DNA of 63,296 nucleotides, counting the filler, from Cercozoa sp. M6MM (taxonomy: Eukaryota > Protista > Endomyxa: Ascetosporea), in NCBI GenBank assembly GCA_040357565.1. It is 9 parts of 9 records of this genome, joined end to end, with 100 filler letters (N's around TTAATTAATTAA, not from the genome) between each part and the next. Parts side by side here need not be neighbours in the genome. Positions count along the whole stretch, not along the records: positions 36,684 to 61,635 come from JBDODJ010000155.1; 8 more parts are not named here. One strand, given 5' to 3'. The notes below the pieces were generated by a model, which had not been told where the DNA came from, did not search any database, and saw only the letters and a list, made by a program, of their open reading frames with translations. Every line of letters begins with the position of its first letter. Positions within the stretch are counted from its first letter, which is position 1. The position numbers and the translations under genes are program-made. Positions 38,173 to 51,921 of this stretch are shown one piece after another.

Positions 38173-38996
38173 GAGGTAGCTACCTGAGTTCACTAGTGCT
38201 GTGCTGCTGCTCTGCATTCGACGTCTGTCGAATCAGCTGCTGCTGTTGCGGCTGTTGCTGTTGCTGTTGTTGTTCTTGGCGTTGGTGTGTAGCCAGACGG
38301 GACAAGGCGGCCTCGTTTCCAAAGGCGGCGCTTCGTTCGGCTCCAGCGAACACGAGCGACAGGTGCTGCAGCTGCACACGCATATACATGTATAACACAT
38401 ACACTTATCAGATCAATCTTACCATAAGTCTCAGATAGACTTGCTCACCACGGGCATCCTCTACACAGACGTTACGTATACAAATCTCTGTCTTCATATA
38501 GCAGGCCCATCCAGATACCCTCGATCGCACAGGGCCGGCGTTGTGCCGGCGCAAAGATCCAACGCCAATACACGCGCAGTGCACCCTACGATAGAACACA
38601 AAGTGAAGCACTCAAAGCGCGTCGATCAGCGTGCTTTTGGGGTACAGTTGTCGTGGTGTGGAACTGTCCCGGTAAACACAAGGCTTGTGCCAGGCATTGC
38701 ATGCTCCACTCGACCTGTACATCGTGCATCATCTCACAGCGCCATAGAAGTGACATAGAGACAAAATAGTACATGCATGGCGGTGTTGAGGATCGTTGCG
38801 CCCGCTTGTCCATCGCTTTGCAATGCTCGAACCTGCCCAGGAGTAGAAGCACAACCTTCACTTGTCAACCTGGAGAAACGTGATCGTGTGCACTCACCGT
38901 CTGCGTGCAAATAGGGGCGGCATACTCGCGAGGGAAATCCGCTAGCACCCGCAGTCGCATCCGCTTAGACGCATCTGACATTGTATTTTCGGTCAT
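36765..38996 (-). CDS. Ral GTPase-activating protein beta subunit-like, 5' part
   Basis: VLADFP..HVEWSMQCLAQALCLP..ALRVYWRWI..HLSLVF..LTPRTWAVLLQLLIAIADVVL..RVLFDAF..LWKAL parallels the RALGAPB N-terminus. Confidence 0.75.
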
Positions 38997-39248
38997 CTTG
39001 ATGGCCTTCCGCGCGGCGCGGGCTGGTCACCGAATCGGCAGAAGAAGCCCCAGCACGTGGTTTTCGGCAAAACACACAATCTGCCCTCAACACGCGTAAC
39101 GAGCCACGTCAGGCCTCGTGTGTTGGCGGGAAAGCGAATGGCAGCGCCCCTTGGGTGACCATCCTTCATGATTAAGGGCTCGAAGCGATCGGTTTGGTGA
39201 AGGTGCGGCCGTTTAGTGGTGTCTCACGCAGTCACAGACAAAGCTGTG

Positions 39249-40148
39249 ATGGCTAGCATGCGACCACATCTCCTGGTTGCACCGGGTTTTCTACCGGAGG
39301 CATATCCAGAGTTCGAGCGCGACGAGGTATAAAATACAACTTTAGTCCCGTCGACCTGTATGTACTGTTTTGTTGCCAGAGGAGGCAGTCGCTGCTAAAG
39401 TTTGAGACTCTTCCAACCGAGCTGCAGGTGCGCGAGTTTGATGCAGATCGCGAGGCTTCGCGTCCTGGGTATGCCGTTTTGTCTCATGTGGTTTCTGTTA
39501 ACCTTTCGGAATTTTAACAGCAAGCGTGAGACTGGGCTCTCGTGGCGACAGATACGCCGATTGCTGAAGCAGTTCATGCCACCTCGTGTCGACTCGGAGG
39601 AGCGTAACTGAGCTGTCTTTCACCTGTAGCTCTGCCCTCTGTATATCGACTGTGCCAAGCAGGCAAGAAGAAGGAAGAGCGATTGTTGAAACTGGCGTGG
39701 TCGATGCGCTCTGTTGTCATTGTGCATTGTTTCTTCAACAGATTGTATATTCGCTAAATAACTTACTTGTTTTGTATGTAGGTTGGAATCCACGGCTGGC
39801 AGTTTGTTGGTACAGTGAGTCTGTCTTGTTTGTACTCGTGTCACTCCCTCGTCCTCTGATTCAGGTGGGTTGCTGAGTCGTCGCCCACCGTCGGACACTT
39901 CAGAGAAGCTTGTTAAAGCTGCGGTATCCTTTGATTGGCCTTGTTTAACGTCTTTTTTACTCCTGATTTCACGGTAGGACGAGGCATTGAAACGATACCT
40001 CAGTGACTTTGGCGTCGACAAAATGGGTGGGCCGTCTCAACCTTCCTGTAGCTATTTCCTTCATGTTGTGCCGCTATGCAGGTGTCGATACGACACTTGT
40101 CGTTGCTGATTCGAGGGTGCGTGTTGTCACCTTCTATGTACGGATAAG

Positions 40149-40202
<54 letters not shown>

Positions 40203-41948
40203 GTGTGTGTGTGTGTGTGTTTAGGGCACTGTCGAAGATCGAGTAAAACGCCTGCGCTCTCGGTTGGGTATACATGCTTTCTGTCTCTTTAGTTCTCCCC
40301 TTGCCCCTTAACCGAGGTATGTCTCACTGTACAGCCAGTTCAACGCCGGTGTTGTCGGCAGCGAGTGCTGTCATCTTTGTCTGCCACTCGCAGGTCCCTC
40401 TCTCTCCTTCCTCCCTCCCTCCCTCTCCCTCCCTCTCTCAACTGTCCTTGCTCTGTACTTTAGGGAGCACTGGTGGGGGCGCGACTACTTGAGTTATTAA
40501 TTCGCGATGGTGCCCTGCGATCAGACAAGGAAGATACTTTGGTGAATGGCTGACTTGTCCCGTAGGAATTCTGCACACACAAAGTCAGCGCGTTGGATAC
40601 GCAGCGCTTGCTGTAGCACATAACTTCCTTTTATACCTTATTATTCTCATATTCCTCGATACTTTATACTGCCTGTGCACCTCAATCAGGCACCGCATTT
40701 GGGCCCGTTCCGCGACCTGCCGGGCGATATGTACTCGGCCACGCGCGAGTTGTTCTCGCTCGCCGACTGTGCTTCCGAGGCCGCACAACAACATGCCGGT
40801 TCACTCTCGTTCCTGCTTGGTTCGGTTTCTTTCTGTATGTACAGTCACACGCGTTTGCTATTTTTGCTGTTTTTTTCCGTTCTGTAGAGACAGGTGTGCG
40901 TGTACTGTCGGTGGCGTCCTTCAAGGATCAAGTGGTGCCACTGCACAGCGCACTGATGCACACGCACGCTTCGCATCCGCACCTTCTGTACCTGCCTGCT
41001 TGTGCCTCTGCGTATCTTAGTCCCTGTATCTTGACCCGTTTTTCCTGTAGACGTGCACTCTACGTGGACAGTCGCCACGTGTCGCCACTGTTGAACACGG
41101 GTCGCAATGCACCGCTGCTGCACTTTCTTACTGTGTTCTTGCCTGATAGTCCTCCTGATAGTCCTCTTCCTATCCCCTTGCCCTTCAATCTGTTTTCTTA
41201 TGTACGCAGTATCTCCTGCGCCTGCGTAATGAAACCACCGAATTCCCGGATGTACTTGCTTGCTTCTGCGCGGATGTGAGGCACAAAGGCACTGGTGTGA
41301 TTGCAGCTACTGCCGCACCTGAGTGCAACCTTTCGTGGCTCGTTGCTGGAGCGGCCGCAGGTGCATTCGACCGTGTACGATGCCGACGATGTTTTCGAGT
41401 AAGCTTACACTCATCTTTTGCCTCCTTCAGAGGTTGCGTGTATTTTTGGTTCTGACTGGCCGCAGTCTGTGCATCCGGTGGCTGCTGCAGCCGACTGACC
41501 TGCGAGAAGCGGCGCCTGTTGTGTATGCTGGCATAAGTGAGTGTGGAGAATAAGTTCAGTCTTTGAATAATGGGGATGGTACAGTCTCTCGTCGGTGGCG
41601 CTGCTGGCGACGGCGCTCAAGGAACCACTTGGCTCGAACAACAGCGCGCAGCTCTTCTTCCTGCGTCGACGTTCGTAACCCTTCCTGTTATAGATACACG
41701 TGTACCTTTATATATAAGGTGTGCTTGTAGACCTATGTTTTTATGTCTATCTTCTTGTCACAGTGAGCAGCTGTTTCGCAGCACTCTGACGCACGCGGTA
41801 GGCCTTTTTTGAAACCTTGTCGATATGTGTCTTGTCACCCCATGTCTCAGCTGACGCCACGAGCGCAATTACGAGAGTTTGCGAGCAAGGTGTGTCTTTA
41901 TTCTACGTGTGTGTGTGTGTGTGTGTCTGTGTGTGTGTGTGTGTGTGT

Positions 41949-41985
<37 letters not shown>

Positions 41986-42277
41986 CAAACTTTATGAGTG
42001 CGAACCGCAGGTCGCTCAGTGGCATCCTCATGGCGTTTATCGGACAGTGAAGGTGAGCACGCAACTTGTCTATGTCCGAGTAGTACGCACGATTCTTGCT
42101 GTGCCACGGTAGGCCGCCAGTGAAGCCGGTCTGCGTGCCGCACTGTCGTTGCCGGAGGGCAGCGCTGAGTCAGACGCCGGCAGTGAGGACGCTGCGAGTG
42201 CTGTTGAGTCCGACGAGGCGAGAGATAAGCTCCTAGTCGATGCCGAGCACTTGAGACAAAGGCGCGCTGCGCTGTGA
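39249..42277 (+). CDS. YML020W-type alpha/beta hydrolase
   Basis: VGIHGWQF..GTVEDRV..FVCHSQG..HLGPF..ELF..KDQVVPLHSA..HPHLLRALYVD after splicing many short exons. Confidence 0.75.
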
Positions 42278-42502
42278 AGGTGAAACCCCCTACCGCGCGG
42301 TAGGTCATGGTGTAACGTTTCCTGCCTGCCGTGATGTGACTGATGACGTGACATTCGTTCAGTTTCAGCTTCGTTTTCTCATTTTATCGTACTACGGTAC
42401 TGTACCCGACCGTGACTGCTGGTTTTGCGGTGGTTGGCGCCGAGAGTCGCCGTGTCAGTTACGGCCGTCCAGTGGCTGGAAGCCTTGTTTCGTTTAGTGA
42501 CT

Positions 42503-44700
42503 CTAACGACGCTGGTTACGACGGTTTCGACGGTTTTTGCGCGAACGAGGCGCGTAGTTGCGAGGCGGCCGCGTGGCTACCTGCCAGGCATGCAGAAGTT
42601 GAGCTTCCTCCTCCAGCAGAGCAGAGAGTTCACTCGCATTCGGTTCTGCGTGTGACACAAAAGGAAGCATGCAGTGAGTCGCAGCACACAATATCACACC
42701 AAAGAATAGGCAAAGTTGTACCCTTGGCGTCGCCAGTCTGGGGACAAGCGTGCTCGTCGAAACCACCTAGTGAGTACCGCATGGTCTTGTTCTGCTCATT
42801 CCAATATAAAGTCAAGCTAGCTAAATGAAACAGCAACCAGTTGAGTCGGTACCTCATCGTCATTACTTTCATCTGGGAAGAATCTCGCAGGGAATCGGAG
42901 TCGATGCCGCGTAGCTTCATCCTGCACAATGCTCCTTGTCCCAAGTGTCTGCCTGAGGTGGAGTAGATGAGTTTGTACCCTGCGCGTCCAGCCATTGAGC
43001 GACAGGTCCAGCGTGGCACCGTGGTTGCCTTGCAGTCGCTCACGAAAAGCAAATCTGCGCTGCGCGAGCTTGCACAGTGCCCATTTGACCTCGAACGTTT
43101 CTTTTTCAGTCAGTGAGGATCCAGACAGAGCTGCTTGCAGTGCCTGCAAACAGAGCACATTTAAAAGTCTTCGTTCGCCAAGCCAAACTATAGAACTGTA
43201 CCTGCGCAATCGAATCGAGCGAAGCGGTGTGCAAGTGTTCCGTGTCGCCCAAACACGGCAAGAGGAAGTCTTTTCGGAGTCTCATGTTGATGTACATCAC
43301 CAGGCGCTACCGTAGAAGCAGCAAATTAGCAACACGCAACCGGCAAAAGAATGGATAGTAAAGGGAATACCGTGCCTCGGGGTACATCCTTGGACGCGTG
43401 TGGTGCGTGGAAGGTTCGACTGTCCCAGATGACCATGTCGCCCGTGTCTGAGTGGGCATGAAACCTCCAGGTGGCAGTATGACACGAGCTAGAAAGGGTA
43501 CCTGCCTGCACGTCCTGTACGCGACAACCACGAGTGCGCAGGAAGTTCAACTCGTCCGCATTGGCCACGAAGAAGCCTCGGCTGCGAATTAAACAAGGCA
43601 AAGATACGAGATACTGACAGCATTTGAGAACGAGTCAAAGCTGGAGCAAACACACTCTGATGTCTTGGGACGCGAAAACAAGTCGGCGTGGTGTTGATGG
43701 GAGCCGGACATGAAGCGCGTCGTTGTTGCATTGTCGTCGTAATCGCTCAGTTTGAGATAGGCTTGGTATCCGCGGAAGCCCTGTCGTCAGATACAGACAT
43801 CAATACTGCGATTGTTTGTTGACTTTCCACGCGTGTGAGTTTTGCTTGTACCGACTTGCAGGGAGCACTGAGAGGATTCTGGTCGCAGTGGATCGTTGTG
43901 GGCCATGCCGCCTTGCCCTCGCTCACGCAGACACCGTCGAAGGACGTCAGCTGCCAACGACAAAGACAGACTTGAACAAAAGAGATGAACCTGTAACAAA
44001 AAGTTCAGTTTGATGATACCAGTTCGCGGACATCACACAAGTCCAACACAGAGTTTGGCTCGAATTCTTGCCCTTCTATGGCTGTCAAACAAAGGGACGA
44101 TGTTTAAATTCAGTTGATACAAAACTTACAAAGCAGATACAAAGATACTGTCATTGGTACTGTAACTACCTTGGGTGATCTGAGGAGAGAACAGAGCTTG
44201 AAACACAGTCAAGATTCGAAGGTCCGTGCGAGCCTGCGAACATCACTTTTTCATGCACACACGACTGGTAAAGAGAGTTCAAGAAATCACCGTCCAGATC
44301 GAGTCGAGATGGCCAGCTCCGTGCTTTACCTGCCCAACAAGACATCATTTTCACCCACACCTTAATGAACTGAAGCGCACACTGTATCTGACAGTTTACA
44401 ATGTCTTTCGGGCCGGGAAGGTGACTGACGCCAGACTCGCGCTTCACGGTGTCCTTCCTAAATTTACGGTACCTGTCTTGATGGAACTTCACTCATCATG
44501 CGTTCATGGTTTACCAAGACACGAGTTTCTGCCGCCATGCAAGAGCCTCTGTCCGAGGAATCACGTTGCGCAGGACAGCGTATCCGTTGTATCGGAGGGA
44601 GTCGGCGGCCTCCTTGACCAGGTTCTGTTGCAGTGCCTTGTAAAGAAATCAAAAATACTCGACTCGGACGAGAACTGACCACAATGCGTTCGTCCGCCAT
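42503..44700 (-). CDS. Phytanoyl-CoA dioxygenase (PhyH)-type Fe/2OG oxygenase
   Basis: LRYNGYAVLRNVIP..GAGHLDSIW..SFDGV..IHCDQ (HxD)..GSH..GDMVIWDSRTFH (distal His)..RLVMYI. Confidence 0.82.
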
Positions 44701-45063
44701 TAGGTGTCAGTAAATGCTCCTTAAAACTACACTTGGGTATGTGATGCTTAAAAAAACTGAAGAAAAGCGCACGCAAGGCCCAAATCTAAGATCAGTTGTT
44801 CTTGAAAAATTTCTTGAAAATAGCCACTCCAAACACCCCAAACAGAAAACTAAAAAATGACCAACTGGAAGCAGCGCAGTATATTAACCTACTGCCACGG
44901 GCATAACGGTGCACTGATTCAAAATCGACTCGACGACTAGCTACTATGGGCCCAGGAGTGCACCGCACGGCATCTGTGGTGTGGCATCGTTGGCATGGAG
45001 TTTCACTGGCATAGTGTTTCACTGACTGCACTCGTTCGGATGCCTGTGGACGGCAGGGAGACC

Positions 45064-46553
45064 CTACATGATGCGACAGCTCTTGTCGGCGCTGGACGAG
45101 GAGCCGCGCTGCACGACGGGCAGCAGCACCTTCTGCGAGATGATGTTGTCGTCGTTGTCGATGAGGATGCACTTGTCGCCGTTGGAGGGAGCGCTCGACC
45201 AGATCTCGCTCGGCTCGGCCACCCAGCCAAAGATGTGCGGCGGGTTCTCGTGCTGCTCGGCGTCCGGGCCGATCACGATACGCACCGACTGTGTGCGCAT
45301 AGGGAGGTAAGCCTCACGGGTAGGCAGGGTCGACGCCCTACCTTATTCAGACATGAATGGGTACCTCGCCGGCACCGAGCACCAGGTCCTCAGCGAAGGC
45401 GTACATCGACGAGCCCGTGTCGTTGGTGATTCGCCAGCCACTGCACTCAGATGCAACACACACACACACATATATATACTAATATACTATACTAATCTAC
45501 TATACATACTATGTGTGTGTATATATATATATATATATGTATAAAGACAGGGTACGCAAGCGGCACGGCGTCCTGACTGCCGTTGCGCAGCTGCACAAAC
45601 GGCGTGTTGATGTCGATCTTGGTGATGTGCACCTGGTCCTTCTGCACGATGTCCTCGCCTGCCCATACACACACACACACACACACACATGTATATATAT
45701 ATATAATATCGAGACTGTGGCTACCGAGCTGCGAGACGTCCATCGTGCCACCCAGGAGACCCGACTCGTCGCGCAGCAGCATAGACCTGCAGACACAGGA
45801 CACATGGCAGGTGCGCAAGACATGTCCACATGTCCAGAAGGCAGAAGAGTGGGTGCAGTACTGCGCGTGCTCGGCGGCGGCGACGTGCGCGAGCGATGAC
45901 GACGTCTTTCGGCGACGGCCTCGCACGCTGTGTCCACACGAGACACAAGAGATACACGAGGAGGAAAGGCGGCAGGCACGACTACAACAGAGGGTACACA
46001 GTGGTGGCGGAAGACAGCGTGGATGTCGTGCCCTGGAGCATGACGGGGGTGAGTTATCATACAGGAGAACGCTCAAGCTCATGCAAGGGTACAGCAAAGG
46101 TGCGACGACGCTTCTTGGCCGGCGACTTGTAGCCGAGGCGTTTCTCCTCCTCGTCGAGCATCATACGGAACGCGTTGATCTCGGCATCCAACGTGATCTT
46201 GACGCCCCTGTGTCACAAGAAGAACAACGGCGTGCTATCACCTCAAGGCTGCAAGCAGAGTGAACAGATACATGAGCTCGTCGAACTCCTGCTCCTTGCG
46301 GCGGTAGGCCTGCTTGAGGTCCTCGATCGTCTTGAGCTTCTCGGCCAGCTCCTGTGTGTTTGTGTGTCAGATAGAATCACAAACAACAACAACAACAATA
46401 ACAACACAGGCATCTGGCAGGCCATACATCGCGCGGACGCTGTCGCTCCTCGTGCAACTGCTGCTCCAGGTCGGTGATACGACGGGCCTGCACAGCACGA
46501 GGGCATTGAAATATACACAGTGCACACACACACACACACATACACACACAGGC

Positions 46554-46605
<52 letters not shown>

Positions 46606-46615
46606 NNNNNNNNNN

Positions 46616-46664
<49 letters not shown>

Positions 46665-48654
46665 CACAGAGACGCAAAGACGCAGAGACACAAGGTGAGA
46701 CTACCTGCGCATCGCGCATGGCGAGTGCCTCGGCGTACTCGCGTTCCAGCGCGTCCTTCTCGGCCGCCGCCTGCACAGGGAGCACACAGCAGAACATACT
46801 GCTACACAGTTATCTAACGGGAGGATTGCAAGCAGAGGGGTTGCAAGCAGAGGGTTGCAAGCAGAGGGTTGCAAGCAGAGGGTTGGAAGGAGGCTTACAT
46901 CACGCGCCGTCGCCTTGAGCTTCTCGCGCTCGGCGGCCTCTTGCGCGGCCTACACAAGAGAACCAAACATACTGCACGGGGGAGCGAGGTAGGGAGGTAG
47001 GGAGGTAGGGTGGGTGTTCAAATGCTACCTGCTCGCGGAAGGCGTCGAGACGCTCCTCGTAGGTCTGCTTGAGTTCGTTGAGCATCGCCGAACGCTCGGC
47101 CTCGTAACTCTCCTGTGATACGACAAGGTATGTCCCCGTGTAGAGGTGTGTGTGTGCGTGTGGAATTGGATAGGCGGTTGAGAGAGAGTGGACACCTGTC
47201 GCTCGGCAATGATGGCCTGCAGCTGTGCCGAGAACTCGCCGCGCAGCTGCTCTTCGATGGCCTCGCGGTTCTGCGAGAGCTCTTCGTTCTGTCCATCCAC
47301 GACCACAATATAACACAGAACACACACAGATACACAGACACACAGACAAACACAGACACACAGACACACACACACAGATGACCGGACAGACAGAGGAAGG
47401 AAGGCACCTCCTTGCGCAGGCGCTCCAGGTCGATGGAGGTGCTCTCGCGCAGCATGTTGAGGTCGCTCTCGGCCGACTCGACCTGCGTTTGGAGAGCGGC
47501 GCGGTCCTGCAGCAGGCGCTGCTGCTCCGTCGCCAGACGCTCCTGCTCCGCGCGCAGGTCGGCCAGCGCCTGCTTCTCCTGTCCAGTGAGGCAACAACAC
47601 ATCAGGGCAAGTGCACACTCGGGACACAGGACAGCGGAGGAAGGTACCATCTCGAAGGACTGCTTGGTCGACTTGAGCGACTTCTCCGTCGCCGACAGCT
47701 GCTGCTGCAGCTCGGCCACCTACAAACACAGGGAGTACAAGGGTGTGAACGGAGTAAAAGCAGGTCGGGAGGAGCGCACCTCCTGGCCCAGACGCTCGCC
47801 CTGCTGCTCGGCGTTGCGGCGGCCCTGTTCTTCCGCGGCCAGGCGGCGCTCGACGTCGCGCAGCTTCGTCTGCACTCATACATGGTCAGGTCATACCCGT
47901 GTGGTCCTACCCATGGCGTCTACAGTAGGGTAAAAGCAAGGGCTCGTACCTGCAGAGCATCGAGTTGCACATCGACCTCGGCCTTCTGCGCCAGCACGCG
48001 GTCGCGATCCGAGCGCACCTATGACATGTGCTTGCATGATTTGTCAAGTTTATGTTTATGTCTGGTAGAGGCAACAGGTCCTACCTGCAGCAACTCCTTG
48101 CGGAAGGACTTGCGCGCAATGTCGACTTCCTGCTCGGCACGGCGACGTGCCTGCAGCAGCATGCGCTGGGCATTCTCACTGCCCAGAGGGAAACGAGCGT
48201 ACACGCAATCCAACCCATGCATGCCCTACACACAGCAAGCCGCTGTACCGAGTGAGATCCTTCTCGCGCGACCGCATGATGTACATCTCGAAGCGGTTTG
48301 TCAGTTCGCTCATTTGCTCCTGCAGAAACACCAGATACACCACGGGCTACTCTGCCCAGGTGGAAGTCTACCTTCTCCTGGATGCGCGTCAGGTGCAGAG
48401 GCGACACGAAAGATGACTCAGCCGACTCGACGTCGGCCTCCTCGCTTCCTTCGACCGACTCGACCTCTTCTTCCTCCTCGATCATCTCGCTGCATGCAGT
48501 CGAATGATTCATTTGTCAGAAAACACAAGCAAAAAAAATAACATAAGGGGAAGCCGCCAAAAGGCAGTCCAACGCCCAACGACCAACCGTGCACAAATAA
48601 CAACGTTTTAACGTACCTGTGCACCTGCTCTTCCACGTGCTCCTCCACAGACAT
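45064..48654 (-). CDS. Nuclear lamin (IF rod + NLS + lamin tail domain + CaaX), about 20 exons; may start further upstream (to about 48856)
   Basis: SPLHLTRIQEKEQMSELTNRFEMYI (coil 1A); VKITLDAEINAFRMMLDEEEKRL (IF consensus); SPAKKRRR; FVQLRNGSQDAVPLAGWRI (LTD); terminal CRIM-stop. Confidence 0.93.
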
Positions 48655-48936
48655 CTGAGCGACCGGGGTGGGACTGCCTCAAAAAAAATAGAGCTTCTGC
48701 ACGGGCACTAGACGACTCGTGGCTCTGGCTCCTGCGCGTGCCTGGTGCGTTGCTGCCGGCGATACCAGTCACACACTGTGGCGAACACGTGCGGCGCCAG
48801 CGATCGGAGAGCCGGAGCCAACACATGGGATGAGCCAGAACGCCGATGATGCTCATTTTTGTCGATTAAACAATACAGGGTACAATAGCACTGTACTGAG
48901 AAAACTAAGCTGAATCAAGTTCTAAGATAGAGCTTT

Positions 48937-50290
48937 CTAGAATCCGCCGTCCTTGCGCGCCTTTCGCTTGTTGGCGAGTTTCGCGTCGATCTTGGCGTCC
49001 TGTGGCACATGTGGCAGAGTGACAACACCAAGACAAGACACGGCTAGAACTAACCTTCTTCATGTTGTTTCGCTTGTCGCGCGAGCGTCGGTCACGGAAC
49101 TTGTTCTTCTGCGTGAACACACACGGGTATCAAGGAGTGAAGTGGCACTCGATGTAGAGGTGTGTGCGAGAGAGTGGGGGCACCTTGCGAATACGCTTGG
49201 AGTTGGCACTGGCACCGGCCTGCTTGCTGACGGTGCTGAGGTGACCACCGATCGCCTTCTGCAACGAGGCCTACTCGCACACACACACAGACACAAGTAG
49301 ACATATATATACATAGGTATATATATATATATATATATATCAAAGGTACCTCATCTCGGGCACCGCCCTCCTTCCACGCATCGATAGCGGCGAGATTGGC
49401 GCGCTTCTTGGCCGCCTTCTCCTGCTGTCGGGCCGCGTAGACTTGCTGTACAATACACACACAGCGTAGTCCGATGTATATGCGAGACAGACACATGGGG
49501 GCGGTTGGTGGTGTGAGTACCTTGGCGTACTTCTTGTCCTTCTGCATTTTCCGTCTCTCGGCCACGACGCGCATGGCACGCTTGCGCCTGTGTGAGAACA
49601 AAAAAGAGTCAGCAGGAGAGAGCAGGCGGCGAAGAAGGCGGCCTGTACATGAGCAGTTGGTTCTTGACACGAGTCATGTGCGCATCCGACTTGACCATCT
49701 CAACATAGTAGTCCGGTGGTCGATACGCCCTGCACAGTGCGTCCATATGGACCGACACAGTACTGAATTAAAGGAGAGGACAGGCCAACTCACTTGATGC
49801 CGGACTTGGCGAGCAGCTTGAGCGCGCGCTTGGCGCCACGCACGGCGCAGTCGAAGAACGCCGTCTCGCGCACCATGTCGTTCTCCGGGTCCTACCAGTC
49901 TCAGCCAGTCAGTCACACACACACAGGGGAGGGGGAGAGGGGGACAAGAATACAGCAGCCACACGCGATTCGACCGACTCGCCACGCACGCACACGGCCG
50001 CAGTCTCGACCTGCAAGAAACGCTTCCACGCGCACGTGCGCAGGTGGCTACAATCTCTCTTACCCAGTCCAGCTCGCGCAGCGGCGCACGCAGCTCGTGC
50101 AGCTTGCTGCGAAGCGCCAGCTTGTTGAACACGCGCGCTGTGCCTGGCTGCACACAAGAATGGGATGGTAGCCTGACTCTGAAAACAGAGAATGCTGGCA
50201 TTGTACCTTGGGTGTCTCAACACTCTCCGCGTCGACATCGACACCAAACTTGGTGTTCTCGACGAACTCGGCCCAGCCCTTGCCAGACAT
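48937..50290 (-). CDS. EBP2: rRNA-processing protein EBP2
   Basis: LDWVET..DPENDMVRETAFF..RPPDYYVEMVKSDAHMTRVKNQL..QKDKKYAKQV. Confidence 0.9.
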
Positions 50291-50395
50291 CTGTCTATTG
50301 GATCAAACTCACGGCAACACTGCCTGTCGCGTCGTGTGGCACGGTGCGCAGCGATCTTTCCCCATCAGCTCACGATTGTCAATCGGCTCAGCAAA

Positions 50396-50981
50396 ATGAA
50401 TGCTACATTTAATCGACATTCTGTTTATAGCTGGCGTGTGTGCATTCTCTAATGGAGCTTGAGGATGAGGTGGCAGTCGATGTTGCCACAGAGGTATTTC
50501 AATCATCAAAAATGTCATGTACTCTTTTCGAGGTCCTCATTTGGAGCATGCAATCAGCTGCTGTTCCAAGCCGCCGAGGTGCAAGTCAGGCAGGTACCGA
50601 CAGATACTCTCTTAGGTGTGTTCCTAGACGCACCAGATTTGTTTGTAGGACATTGTGTCGCGCAAGAATGAGTTGATGCAACATCGCAACAAGATGACAG
50701 CTGCAGCTGCAGCTGCAAGAGATGCCGACATCAACAAAGACGCCGCCTTGCCGTGCATTGCCTTCAATGGTAATCACTATGAGTATCTGTGTGTGTGTGC
50801 ATGTGTGTGTCTGTGTGTCTGTGTCTGTGTGTCTGTGTATCTGTGTGGTATGTTCTGTCTCTGTGACAATAGATGCGAGTGTGTGCATCAATCTGCGCCG
50901 CGTGCACGACGCCAGACGGCAGCGCGAGCAGCGAGAACGTACTCATTGTTTCCATTGTCTTCGTGAAAGCAACCTGTGTTG

Positions 50982-51041
<60 letters not shown>

Positions 51042-51612
51042 GTGCGTGTTCTTAGCTGAGGTGTACAAGCAGAGACGGTCACAGATTCAGGTGGCTTTGT
51101 TTCCCATTCCTATGCCTTGGAACTCAGTATGTCTACACAGATAGTCAAGCTGCCTCTCGGACTAGCTCCTGTCTCTGCCGCCAAGCACTGTGCCCATGGC
51201 ATCTCCTACGAGTACCGGCTCCCTTTGCTTGCCCTACTCGATGACACTCGACTGTTCTCTGTGCAGAAACGACGACACTGTGCGCGTTGTGGACGGAGGT
51301 TTCCGGACTGTCAGAAGTATGCTGGGTAGGTGTCTGCATATGGACACCTTGCCATCTACCCCACCTTCACATTCACCTTCACCTTCACCTTCACCTTCAC
51401 CTTCACCTTCACCTTCACTTTTACCTTCACTTTTACCTTGCACAGGAGTGTCTCGAGGCGCGTGGTTCTTTGAGATCACGGTGTTGCCGTGCATTCGCAC
51501 TGTGGACAGTAACGGCAACAACAGCCGGGCACAGGTTCGAGTCGGCTTTTCGACGGGCATGCCGTCGGTGGCTGCACCTGTGGTATCCATACTATAGATA
51601 CTATACATATAG

Positions 51613-51647
<35 letters not shown>

Positions 51648-51921
51648 ATGTGTATATATAAATAGATACAATATACAATAGATAGGATATAAATATATAT
51701 CTATATGTATAAATATATGTCTATATGTGTGTGTGGATATATGTATATATATATATATGTGTGTGTGTGGATATATGTCTATATATGTCAGGGAAGTGGC
51801 GACACCGGCGGCGTAGTGTTGCGTGACACGTATTCTTTCTTCACACTGCAAAATATGCGGTGTACATCTGCGCATCTGTGTATCTGTGTGTGTGTGTCTG
51901 TGTGTGTGTTTGTGTGTGTGT

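Noticed and set aside
31816-48654. Nuclear-envelope gene cluster (Nup205-like plus lamin)
   Set aside because: The genes are on different contigs joined artificially
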